A stretch of 42,788 bases of DNA from Conidiobolus incongruus B7586 (lineage: Eukaryota), in the NCBI GenBank assembly GCA_000697335.1, contig JNEM01008792.1, forward strand, positions 1 to 42,788, written 5' to 3'. Below, piece after piece: positions 11,312-22,980 of this stretch. A program made the translations under genes and the position numbers. How positions within the stretch are numbered: position 1 is the stretch's first letter; every line of letters begins with the position of its first letter. Under the pieces are notes generated by a model, which was not told where the DNA came from, made no database searches, and saw only the letters and a list, made by a program, of their open reading frames with translations.

Positions 11312-12557
11312 TAAGTTATGGAAAAAGTTTTGACAGGCCTTTGAGATGTTATGATTTAATGCTAACACAAGATATTTACTGCAATTTTTTAAAAAGCTTG
11401 CATTTGTAATTTATAAATTGAAAATACTAAATAAAATCAATATCTATAGATTTAATTATATTGAATTGTAAACATATATTTCTTTATATTATTGGATAAT
11501 AGATAAATTTGATCAAATATCCTTTATTAAATATTGCTATTTTTGAATAAACCTGTTAGCAAAAATTCAACATAGTTTGGTAAAAATATTATTAAAGTTT
11601 TATCTTAAGTTAGTATTTATCATTGAAGAATAGGTTCAGCTGAAGACAATACTTCATCAAAGATAATCCTAGAACTAATTGTCAAAGATTAATCATTATT
11701 AAAAAAGACATCAAAAGGGTCTAAAAATATAAAGCAAAATATTATAATATATTATCAAAAAATATATCTAAGAGATATGTATAAAATATTGATGTATTTG
11801 ACTTTATTTGAAAAAATTTCAGGATTAAAAAACCCAAATGGATACCCCATTTACCAATAATTTTTTAATAAAGAATAAATATAAAAATTTAAAGGGTTGA
11901 TAATTATAAACTCATTATAGATTATTAGAAGGAATGATTGCTATTGATGAATACTGGAATTCATCAAATATAATAAAATTTTATCATAAATCTATGTTAT
12001 GAATAAAATATAAAATATACTCCCAAGTTTTTCTAATCCTAAAATGTTCTATAAGAAAAGAACCTTAAATATTGGTCTATATTTTAGAATCATTTACTTT
12101 AAATGTTGCCATAAGCAACACAATGAACAAGATATAATAGAATATTAAATGAAATATAACAAAGTATTTTCATTTTGCCAAATTTAAAGGCTTTCGTCCA
12201 TTTTACAGTTATATTAAGTTGAATTATATAAATATTACCAAAGAGTTTATTAAATCAAAGAAATGGGATTATTACTATATTTACCATACTCTCAACATAT
12301 GAACCCTTGTGATTTTAAGGGTTTTGGACTATCAAAACATATTTATATCTAAGAGTAATTTAAAAATTTAATTATGCAAATTCAAATTTGAAAAAGTTGA
12401 ATAAATAATAATAAAGTGGGTGTTAATAGGGTTAGACGGTTCCCAAAAATTTGGAAATATATTATATTAGGCTATTAATTTAATCATAAAATAATGTTCT
12501 TTCATCATTATTAATAAATTTCAGAATATAAATTCGAAAATTTATTTCCATAGCCTA
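11312..12557 (+). mobile_element. Full-length but inactivated mariner element (~1.25 kb) with degenerate terminal inverted repeats
   Basis: Mariner motifs in the expected order across frameshifts and stops: WIPHL (11839-11853), MIAIDEYW (11934-11957), LPYSQHMNPCDF (12281-12316; third catalytic residue Asp), RFPKIWKYII (~12437-12466). The left end taagttatggaaaaagtttt resembles the reverse complement of the right end, taggctatggaaataaatttt. Length is typical of mariner. Confidence 0.85.
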
Positions 12558-15209
12558 TTTCATAGTTTGATAAAGTTATTAAGTCAATTTTTTTGAGCTT
12601 TACACTTAAGCCAAATATTAAAATTTAACCAATTACATGAAATCAATATTGTCCAGTTCGATTGATTTAAGCTCAATATTTATTTATTCATTAACAATTA
12701 TTATAATTATTTCTGAAATAGTTCATTAATGTTTAATTATATAAAAAATTCAATGAATATCAAATGTAATGCATTTATGAGGTTAAATCCAATAATATTT
12801 CAATATTATTCTTTTGGTTATTGGATATCATAGTAATCACGTGGTTTAGTAATATTTTTCGTGTTTGTATTCGACTCAAATCAAAATAAGCAGCCATTTG
12901 GAATAATTGAGTCATACTTTCATATCTCCAATTTAACACTATTTAACATAATTCGTAGCCAAACTCAATATTAACCTTAGTATCCTTTTTCATTTGTCAC
13001 ACCTCCCTTTCAATATGATTGGACCAACAAATCAAACTGTTTTTGGATATTATCCTCATTTAATACATTGATTAAATGATTATTATTAAAGCTGATAATG
13101 TCATGTGCAATCATTATTTATCACAGACACAAAATCAATTTGAATATATAATTTAGAAATTAAAAAGGCATATTAAACAATAATCAGCAAAGTATTAATT
13201 TCTCGAAGTTGGATGTAAATATAATGAGAAAAATCTATTGAATTGACTCGATTGTATATATTAAGTCCCCTACATTGTAATTTTTATAGTTGAAAAATTA
13301 ATGTTTTTATTGGTACAAAACAATTTTAATTGATTCAAAATATCCATCTGTCTAAATATTAGAATCCAACTGTAAAGAGCTTTAATTTGATAACATTTTT
13401 AGGAAACCTCAACATAGCAATTCCACTTACATTGAATTTATTTAATATGAATTGTTTTCAATATATATTTAAATTATCTAACTCAATCAATATATGATAG
13501 AACATTATTAAATACCAAAAATATTTAAAATGATATATAATACATATCTTATTTAATCAATATTTTACATTTATAGTATATATTGAAACCGAAATTTTAT
13601 ATCAAGGATTAGTGCCAAATGTAAAAAATGCAGCAAACTAATTATCTATACTAACGCCAAACAAAAAGTGTATTTTCAATTCCAAAATATATATTAATGT
13701 TTGTATATTATATATACGGATTGATTTATTTTAAACAATTATATTTTCAAATTTCAGTTTAATTTCATTCATATTCAAAATAATCTTTCAAATTTGAACC
13801 TACAACATTAAAATAAATCCTAGTATTCTACAAATTATGCTCTTGATACTTGTATCGCAATCAAAATATTAATCAAATAAAGGGAATATTATTTAATATA
13901 ATAATCGCTTCAAAGTATATTTATTCATTTATTTTTGAATTTTACTAATGAATATTAAAATCTTTTTCATGGTTATATGAAATAAGCACATTTTAATAAT
14001 ATCAATAATGTAAAAGTGTATTCAACTATGGCTAATATAAGTATTTGTCAGTCAAAAATCAGCTTACTCTTGTTGTTATTCAAGTTAATAGGTAAGTTAA
14101 GCATATGTTATGAGTTTCATGCTTTAAACAATATTAGTATTAGACAAGCAATTCATAATCAAAACTCATTTTAAAAATGGTATATTATTAATATAATTAA
14201 TATGAAAAATCATAATATAATTTATTACATTAATTTTACTGGATAATATATTTTATATATATATCATTGAAAAATTTAAGATCAATAATAATTATTGGAA
14301 ATATTTATTATAAACTTAATTTTAATAGTCCATAATATATTAACTATATATATAAGCAATATTATTTATAATATATAATCATATAACAATAATTAACAAA
14401 AACTTAAAATGGCTAAAAATGAATAACTCAATATAGCTATTTGTATTCTTTAAAATATATATTATAATTTACATTAAAAAAATTGGTAATCTATGTAGTT
14501 TACTTTGAATAAGAATAAAAATTATTTTTATTTATAAATACAATGATTGTTAACAAATTAAAGTATCAAGATATAAAAGTGGTACTTGTGGGCATTATCT
14601 ATATATATGGTATTAATAATGTAATATAATTGGTAACATTCTATCATCTATAACTTATTAAATATAAATATTATAACGACAAATATATAAAAATACTATA
14701 TATTATATTTCAACCATATAAGAAGGGATAATTTCAAGATATTAGCAATATAATTCTAGATTTTTATTCTATCAAAACTCCTATTCAATATTAATTTATT
14801 CTAAGCTATTATATACTTGTAGGACCTAAAGAATCCGGATCAAAAACAATATTGATTCAAAACTTCAATCTGATTTATTAAAATATAAAAATATGAAATA
14901 ATGCAAGTGATAAGATTGAACTAATATATTGAATTCAAATAGGATTATACTCTGTATTATTTAGAAATTATTTTGAATGATATGATATAGATTATATTTG
15001 ATGAATAATACCGAAAGAGATTTTCCGTTCGCAAACTTCTGGTTTCGTACACACATTATTATTTAGAACGTATTTTTAGCCCATAAAATTACAACTAAAT
15101 TGTAATTTTTTCCTATTGGTAAACCTATAATTTTTATTAATGATGGAGAACATCATATTAATTAAGAAATTCAGTTTTCTAAATAGTATAATGACTGGCA
15201 TTAATAGAC

Positions 15210-16300
15210 ATGATCACTAAAGATCCAAGTGTTGCCAAATTATTTCAAATATTACACAGCTTTACACATCAAACCATCTCAAACACTGCCATTGACGTTG
15301 AATTAATAGATGATGTATCTTCTTTGATATCCACTTTACGCTCAAGCATCGAGATGAAAAAAATGAAGTTTTAGAATGTTTAGATAATACTGTGGTTGAT
15401 AAAGATAAGAAAATTGAAAAAAAATTTGAACAACACTATCATATACATTTATTAACATATTTTAAATTATATCTAATATCCATATTGACATCAATAGGAA
15501 TTTATTAATCTATTGACCAATTATTAATGATAGGACAAAATATTAATTATTTGATAATGTTACAGATATAAACTGGAAAATTCAAATAAAGGAAAATAAT
15601 TACTTATATTAATTCAAAATGCTAATGTTTTATAGAAAATGGAATTATTTTATTAAAATTTAGAAAAATTTAGAAACAGCTATTGATGCTATAGAAAGTT
15701 GTCTTCATATTCTTTTTCTAGATGGGGATACCGAAATAAAGAAGGAAATAGCATTGCGTTTCATATGGTTCAAGATCAAGATAATGAAAGTGATGGTGAA
15801 GAGGATGGTTTTGAGCAAATCAATAAAATTGTTTATTTTATGCCATTATTCTAATGCCTCCAAATTAGTAAACGATCAGAAATTTTGAATGAATTTCACA
15901 GAAGTTTTTGCGAAGATCGTCAAAATCAAGGAAATTCAATGATTTCTTTTGATATTAAGTTAGATATTGAAAATATAGGGAATCTTAATCTTTTCTTGTA
16001 TGATATTTACTGGGTTTTACTTGATTGAATACTGCATTAACAACCATGTACTGATTTCGAATGAAATCGAAAATTGATATTTTGTGGGATTAAATGACAT
16101 GTAAACTTGAGAATGATATTTCGATTAAACTTGCCTAGGATAGCAGAGATAACAATTTGGATTATATCAAAGATTCTTTAATTTCGAAGGCATTATTATT
16201 AGAGGCAATAGGATTAAATACAATATATACTCTCCAATTTAATCTGTTATAGGGATATAGTCATGATATTCGTCAATTGATCGAGTTCCATTCTTCTGGA
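15210..16300 (+). pseudogene. Possible decayed protein-coding sequence of unknown family
   Basis: Locally higher G/C with protein-like fragments in shifting frames: a 54-aa ORF at 15210-15374 (MITKDPSVAKLFQILHSF...), LETAIDAIESCLHILFLDGDTEIKKEIAL (~15670-15755), MVQDQDNESDGEEDGFEQINK (~15765-15830). No consistent splice model found; boundaries approximate. Confidence 0.35.
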
Positions 16301-17083
16301 TTTTTTTAGTTTGAGTTTCCAGTAAGGTCACATTAATCTTCACTGAATAATATCTCTCATATAAATTACTTCTTCTGTTACTAAATATTCATCATAATTT
16401 ATAATAATTTTAAATATTAGGAACTCAGTATAGCTGTTTAATTTCTATTGAATCTTCAACTAGAAATCTATAATATATTTAAATTCCTTTAATCAATACT
16501 GAAACTATATTGTAGGACTATGAACTTATAATCTGGACAATTATCTCCTGTAATATTTAAACTGTGAAATTAATTAAAATTTCTTTTTGGCTGATTGAGC
16601 ATTTCATATAATGTTTCATACTTTATTTTGATAATTAATAATATTTAGAGCAGTTTCAATCTAAAATAATCATAAATGTATGGTATTAATAAAGTATTGT
16701 AAAACTAATAAATTTTTAATAGTGATTCCGACAATATATACATTCAAATATTGAATTCTTAGATGATCAAATGTATGATTTAATAAGTTACACAAAAAAT
16801 ACTCAGCAACCCATAATTGGCAATCGGTAAATTCAGATCATTAGCCAAACCAAAATTAGAATTTACACATTATTCATCAAAAAACTAATTGGATAAATCT
16901 GTTGTAATCGTCGTTCTGGATCCTTAGAATTAATTTTTCAACACATTATAAATGAATTATTACACTCAATAGCATGATTTACTAAAATATTCCCATACAA
17001 TCACAAAATTCCAAATATCATATAAATACCTGTAAAAGAAATTTTGTTCAAATTTAATATACACTAACATAACTTAATTTAAA

Positions 17084-18243
17084 ATGAGCGAAAAAAAGGA
17101 AGTAAATCCTTTTTTACATATGATCGCCGGAGGGTAAAGTAGAATCAATGAAATATAGCTATTACTTGACTAATATTAAATTAGTGTTGGTGGTGGAGTT
17201 GGAACTATTCTATTTAGCCCTTTAGACGTAGTCAAAACTAGATTACAAGTATTGTATTAAATTAAAAGTATTTTCCACCTTTTTAACCTTTTTTAACTTA
17301 GAGTTCTGAATATCGCTCAAAAAACAATCTAATTTCAACAAAGGATCCCTTTAAAATTGTATGGGGTCATATTCGAGGTACAGGTATGGCAATAAGGTAA
17401 ATATACTCTTTTAATGACAATTTCAGAGTTTAATAAAATAACTTAGACATTTATACAAGGTTGAAGGATTTTCCGCTTTATTTAAAGGATTAGGACCTAA
17501 TTTGGCTGGAATGATCCCCTCAAGGTACTCTACATAAGATTCGCCTATTTTCTAATGAACTAAATATACATTTAATCAGATCTATATCATTCTTTTCGTA
17601 TGGAAATGCCAAAACTTGGATCAAGCATTGGAATAATGATCAAGAAAATATATTAGTACACTTCTCTGCTGCTGCTTTTGCAGGTATCATCACTGCCACG
17701 GCTACCAACCCTATTTGGGTCGTGAAAACAAGATTGCAGCTACAATCTGAATCATCCAGATTATATAAAAATAGCCTTCATTGTGCTTATAAAATTTACA
17801 AGGAGGAAGGGATTAAAAGTCTCTATAAAGGTCTTAGCGCTTCATATTTAGGGATTTGTGAATCTGTCATTCAATGGATGATATATGAACAATTAAAAGG
17901 CATTATTTCCCAAAGACAAAGAGAGCAGAATGACTCAAATGACAGAAGCTTTAGAGATTGGATAGAATATTTAGGAAGCGCAGGTACTGCTAAGCTTATT
18001 GCTTCGATCTTAACATATCCTCATGAGGTTCTCAGAACCAGGTTAAGACAAATGCCTTTGAATAACAAGGGACAATATAAATATACTGGACTTGTACAGT
18101 GTGCCAAATTAATCGTCAAGGAAGAAGGTTTTAGTGCACTATATGGTGGTTTAGCTCCTCATCTGTTAAGAACAGTCCCTAATGCTGCAGTATTATTTGG
18201 CACTTACGAGCTTGTATTGTATTATTTTGGTGACAAAGTTTAA
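17084..18243 (+). CDS. RIM2: Mitochondrial carrier, Rim2/SLC25A33/36-type pyrimidine nucleotide transporter, ~316 aa, 5 exons
   Basis: Exons 17084-17133, 17185-17248, 17302-17396, 17447-17524, 17580-18243, GT-AG and in frame. Three carrier signatures PLDVVKTRLQ, NPIWVVKTRLQ, YPHEVLRTRLR, plus Rim2-like GLGPNLAGMIPSRSISF, GLSASYLG, AKLIAS and PHLLRTVPN. Confidence 0.92.
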
Positions 18244-19466
18244 CATATAGACTATTTATTAAGCTAATCCAATTAGCTTCATTCAATATTTAATTCCAAT
18301 AGACATATAATCAAATTTCTAATATTTAGAATTTATATTATTTATTATGTATTCTAATAATATTACACATAAACAGTTTGATTTACTTTAACTACCAATT
18401 TTAATATATTTCTAAAATTATGTTAAAAAATTTTTTATAATATAAGTATTTTAGATTTTAAATTAATTAGTTTTAATACCTATTTAGTTGATTTTTATTA
18501 TTCTGAAAAATTGACATTCTAATATGAACAATAACTTAAATCTTCGTAATAAGCAAATACATTTATCAACGGTTTATTTTATAAAATATACTAAAGTATT
18601 TTAAATTCCAAAAAAAGTATAATAAACCGCTATTGTTTTGGAATAAAAGTATACTGGAATTGTATCTAGGATATAAATATATATTAACTACAAATCAAAA
18701 ATTGAATAGTTTGTTTTATGCTTATGATGTTTTACTATTTAACCTATTACAAATATAATTTGCTTCAACTTTCGTATTATATTTTTTTTTCATTTTTTGA
18801 TTAATTCAGCGTTTAGCAATAAACATTGAATCCAAACATTTGATCTTCAATTCATATCAGAATACATTATACTTTATCAACATATATATAATTATGATAA
18901 ATTATATATTCTATTAAAGTAAATTCAATGATTACATTTATATTATATTATATCATTTTAAATGAAATTTTGTATTTTTATATTAATCTATATTATAAGA
19001 ATTATACTATTAAATCAATTAGTTATAAGCTTATCTCATATATATAAGTATTTTAGTAAGTAAATAGCATAAAAATATATAAATGACTCTTATTCGATTG
19101 AAATTTCTTTCAGCACTGATTAATATAAAACTGAAGATGAATTTAAGAATGTGTAGTAAAAATAATAATATAATATCTAAATAATTAAAATTGATTATCA
19201 TAATAGTTTTAATAAGTAAATTGTATGAATAATAGCCATAAATGTTGATTTTGTTCTTTAGTTAAACATAATTATTAAAATTTAGTAAAGTTATGTGGAC
19301 TGAAAGCGAATATATTATCCCACATGTATAATTAATCGTTTTGATTTTTATAAATAATGAATCCTAGAAATGGACTTTTTGCACTGATACATGGAAACCT
19401 CCCCACTCTCATATATATAATTATTTTATTAACAAACGAGTTAACTTGTTTACTTGATTTACTGTG

Positions 19467-22328
19467 ATGACCAGGTCACCCACTTCTCAACCACCCGTTC
19501 AGTTGGAAGATCTTCCTACCTTGACTCCTGAACAATGGAAAGTATTAACCACTCCACTCAATTTCAACATTCCCAATAATAGAGCTAGTTCTTTTGTTTC
19601 ATCCACTCAAATATCTCTTCTTCTTAAAGAATTCTGGGACACTCTATTGCCACAAATCAATTCTAGTTCTAAGTCACCACTTTACTTTGTACAATCTAAA
19701 CCTATCAAAATATTAAACTGGTTCCGCTATTGGTCTGGATCCCAAAATGAATATGTTTATCTATATTTCTTCATTCAATGCTATAAATTCGATTCTATGT
19801 CTGGTTCATCTACCTTGACTTTTAGTCATCAGCTAAGTTACACACAGCTTTGGCTAAGCTGTTTAGAAGGAAGTTATATTCGAGCTCCATCTATTTGTTT
19901 GGTTGAATCCATTATAAATTGCTTCCGAATTATTAAAACCAAGTCAATCATTGAAGCACAGGTTTTATTTCCTGAGCTTGACAATACAAGCATTGCCAAC
20001 TTGTTAAGGAAAATATTAGCACACATTAGCCACCAAATGGAAGTACGCTCTAATACTTTTCCCAATCTAATTATTTTATTCAAGCAACTGACTAATTTTC
20101 TCATCTCTTCTGGAGCTCAAGCCATTCAACCATTTGAGCAATTGAAATCATCAGCTTTATTTGATGATTTGAATTCCTCCCCTGATACCCCGAATCAAGG
20201 TCCAGTCTTACATTCCATCACCGCAATATCCATTTTATCTACCAATCTCAAACCAGAGTCTTGGTATAAATTCAATCCTCTATTTAGCAAATACTTACAT
20301 GACATAATATCTATCGAAAATGTTGATCCCTTTACATTAACTGACAGCTTATTTGATCAATGGAAAAGAGTGATGATAGATTTTACTTCGCTTGAAATTA
20401 GCCAATATATAGAAGAATTGATTTTAAACTTCTACCCATCAAAGGAAGTTCAAAATGGATTAACTGATAAATCATACTATTTGGATTATATATTGGCTAG
20501 GTGGCTGGTCTGTTTTCCAGATAAAATATCTGTGGTTTTAAATCCTTTAATCAAAATGATTGTTGGCAATCAAATCAAATACTTCCACAACAAGGCTCCT
20601 TTTCAAGCATTTTCCGATTTATTTGCTATTCAGCAATACTCCGAGTTAAATTACAACATATTAACATATTTAACTATGAATAATAACAGTAACAGGCTTA
20701 ATGGCTGGCTTGCTCATTGTTTGGCATTAAGTACAGAGTCTATCCAAACAAAGTATTATGAATTCATAGCTAGACATATGATCATTGCTCCCCAAATTAA
20801 TCCAGATGACGACGGTACTACTCTAAATAGATGGATTGACTTTACAAAAGGTCTTTTATGCGAAAAGAAGCTCTTTATTACAAATTCCTTCTTCAGATTT
20901 CTTTTCAAACTGGAAACAAGAGACTCTTATTTGAAGAGAAGGATTGAAATATGCACTTTACTTCAGCAGCAGTTAAACCAGTATATAACTACGTATCCTA
21001 TCTTTTATCTCCAAAAATTACTTTATTTCTTGATATTGGATAATCTCGAAGTTCCTTTTGAAACATTCGAACCATTATTCACATATTTGATGAAACACTT
21101 TATTGAACATGCGTCTTTAAAAGGTGCTGAAGCAATTGAAATATATCAAATTGTTTTGCAAACACTTATATCATTAATGAACTATCAAAACAAATTCAAT
21201 TTGGTTACAAATTCTGTGGAATATATTTTCCGTCATGAGCATTTATGTTTATCATTATTATTTGGCAATAGCAAAGATGAAAAGAAGCCGGCTATAACTC
21301 AAATTGAACCATATACTCTTTTCCCCACCCATGCTATCGATCCTTCCAAGTTGTTTATTAAGTTGTCAGAATTCATCAATAGAATAGGGAATAAAAAGGT
21401 TCGTAACAAGGTACTCAATATATGGCTCAAGGCTTGGACTGATCCCAATATGGCTATTCCTTTTGAAGTCATCACAAATTTAGTCCATCTTTTTACCAAT
21501 GATTTTGCTCAGCTTCACCCATGGATTAGAACAATTTTACTCCATAACATTCAGAACTCATCTTCCAGCCAAGAACAAGAAACAAAAATATCTTTCCTCA
21601 TACAAATTGCTTTACTCTCCTTCGTTAACCCGAACTCAGCGCAATTCAGTAATATTGTCTCATTCTTGGCATCTAATGACTTAATAGGCGATGATGAACT
21701 GAGTCTTCAAGTTATCAAAAATATTCAAGCTGCATCCGAATTCTTTCTTGCATTTTCTTCTATCACAGAGCTCGAAGGTCACATGAATAAGAAAACACCT
21801 GTATCCAGAGGATTGGTTTTAACATTTAAATCTCGATTACAATTTGCCAACAACCAAATTAAATACCTTCGAAACACTCATCAAGCAATCTATCATAGAA
21901 TAATGACTAATCCCAAATTCTTGAACTCTCTCTTCTTAATGCTTTCCCTGAGTCAAATCAATAAGGTTCTATCTGATCAATTCGAATCTCTTTCCGATAT
22001 TATCCTTGAAAGCACTAAAATTCAAGCAAGCTTAGAGCTGCCCCATTTAACTAAGATCATATCCTCACTGAATATCTTGCCAATTCTACACACTTCGAAA
22101 AGCAGTTGGAATCCAGATCAATGGATAAAAATATCTGAAATCGTTGAGAATTTAAGCAAGCCTTATACTTTGGCTGATTTGGACCTCTATGATGTTCCTC
22201 TATTGGTTTCTCAGTTAATTCATCCCAGCTCGCCTTTTCAACTCACTGCTCTTTCAAGGAAACACTCGCAAGTATTAGTCAATGTCTCAAATGATGATAC
22301 TACTACATTTTACTTGCCTTATGTATAA
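19467..22328 (+). CDS. Uncharacterised 953-aa intronless protein, Leu/Ile/Phe-rich, probably all-helical
   Basis: 2.86-kb stop-free frame from ATG 19467 in AT-rich DNA, with coding-like composition. No motif I can recognise; an additional upstream exon cannot be excluded. Confidence 0.85.
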   Translation: MTRSPTSQPPVQLEDLPTLTPEQWKVLTTPLNFNIPNNRASSFVSSTQISLLLKEFWDTLLPQINSSSKSPLYFVQSKPIKILNWFRYWSGSQNEYVYLYFFIQCYKFDSMSGSSTLTFSHQLSYTQLWLSCLEGSYIRAPSICLVESIINCFRIIKTKSIIEAQVLFPELDNTSIANLLRKILAHISHQMEVRSNTFPNLIILFKQLTNFLISSGAQAIQPFEQLKSSALFDDLNSSPDTPNQGPVLHSITAISILSTNLKPESWYKFNPLFSKYLHDIISIENVDPFTLTDSLFDQWKRVMIDFTSLEISQYIEELILNFYPSKEVQNGLTDKSYYLDYILARWLVCFPDKISVVLNPLIKMIVGNQIKYFHNKAPFQAFSDLFAIQQYSELNYNILTYLTMNNNSNRLNGWLAHCLALSTESIQTKYYEFIARHMIIAPQINPDDDGTTLNRWIDFTKGLLCEKKLFITNSFFRFLFKLETRDSYLKRRIEICTLLQQQLNQYITTYPIFYLQKLLYFLILDNLEVPFETFEPLFTYLMKHFIEHASLKGAEAIEIYQIVLQTLISLMNYQNKFNLVTNSVEYIFRHEHLCLSLLFGNSKDEKKPAITQIEPYTLFPTHAIDPSKLFIKLSEFINRIGNKKVRNKVLNIWLKAWTDPNMAIPFEVITNLVHLFTNDFAQLHPWIRTILLHNIQNSSSSQEQETKISFLIQIALLSFVNPNSAQFSNIVSFLASNDLIGDDELSLQVIKNIQAASEFFLAFSSITELEGHMNKKTPVSRGLVLTFKSRLQFANNQIKYLRNTHQAIYHRIMTNPKFLNSLFLMLSLSQINKVLSDQFESLSDIILESTKIQASLELPHLTKIISSLNILPILHTSKSSWNPDQWIKISEIVENLSKPYTLADLDLYDVPLLVSQLIHPSSPFQLTALSRKHSQVLVNVSNDDTTTFYLPYV

Positions 22329-22780
22329 TATTTTAAAGTATCATATATACTAAATCATTTAATAAAATTACTCAAATTGTTTGATTTATGATATAACACA
22401 ATTGATTACTCATTCTACAGTAACATTACTTTCCATTATCTTATTTAATTAACACTCATAGAAATCTTAATTAATTCAAATCATCCACAATAAAACTTTT
22501 CAAAATTTACTACTTGTGATTAAATAATTAATACATAAATAAAAACAAATATAGCTATGGCTGAATTTAAATATATTTAATATACCATTTTTATATTAAG
22601 TAATTTAACATATTATATCAAGATTTCCTGTCAAATATTATATATATTTACCATTATTTGACACTATATTTTAATTTTTAATTTTTAGATATTTACTTGC
22701 AAATAATTTAATAGTATTTTATACATAACCTTTTTTGAAGTAATTATATTTGATCAGATATATATAATATTTATTGACAG

Positions 22781-22980
22781 CTGTAACTGCTAGAGGAGAT
22801 AGGTTTTATGAGCTTAAACAGAGAATCACCAGTGGTAAACAGTAGGTTACCACAAAATTAGGGAAAATTAATCAGGTTCACTAGCTTAGGTGAAAATGGC
22901 TTACTGCAAATGGGTTCTTCAAATAAAGTAAATATCTCACACTTGTCACAACCCAATACTTTTGAAATGAATGTAAAAAG
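22781..22980 (+). repeat. Dispersed repeat, copy B (retains G/C); the G/C-richer tract continues to ~23220
   Basis: Aligns with 6125-6359. Lacks a ~35-40-nt segment that in copy A is bounded by gatactcttg (6296) and gatacttttg (6334). Confidence 0.88.

Noticed and set aside
14815..14880. P-loop-like peptide LVGPKESGSKT
   Set aside because: Wrong spacing for GxxxxGK[ST], a stop follows within a few codons, and no supporting exons were found.
18261..18279. Hairpin aagctaat-cca-attagctt after the RIM2 stop codon
   Set aside because: An 8-bp AT-rich stem is expected by chance, and intrinsic terminators are not relevant to Pol II genes.
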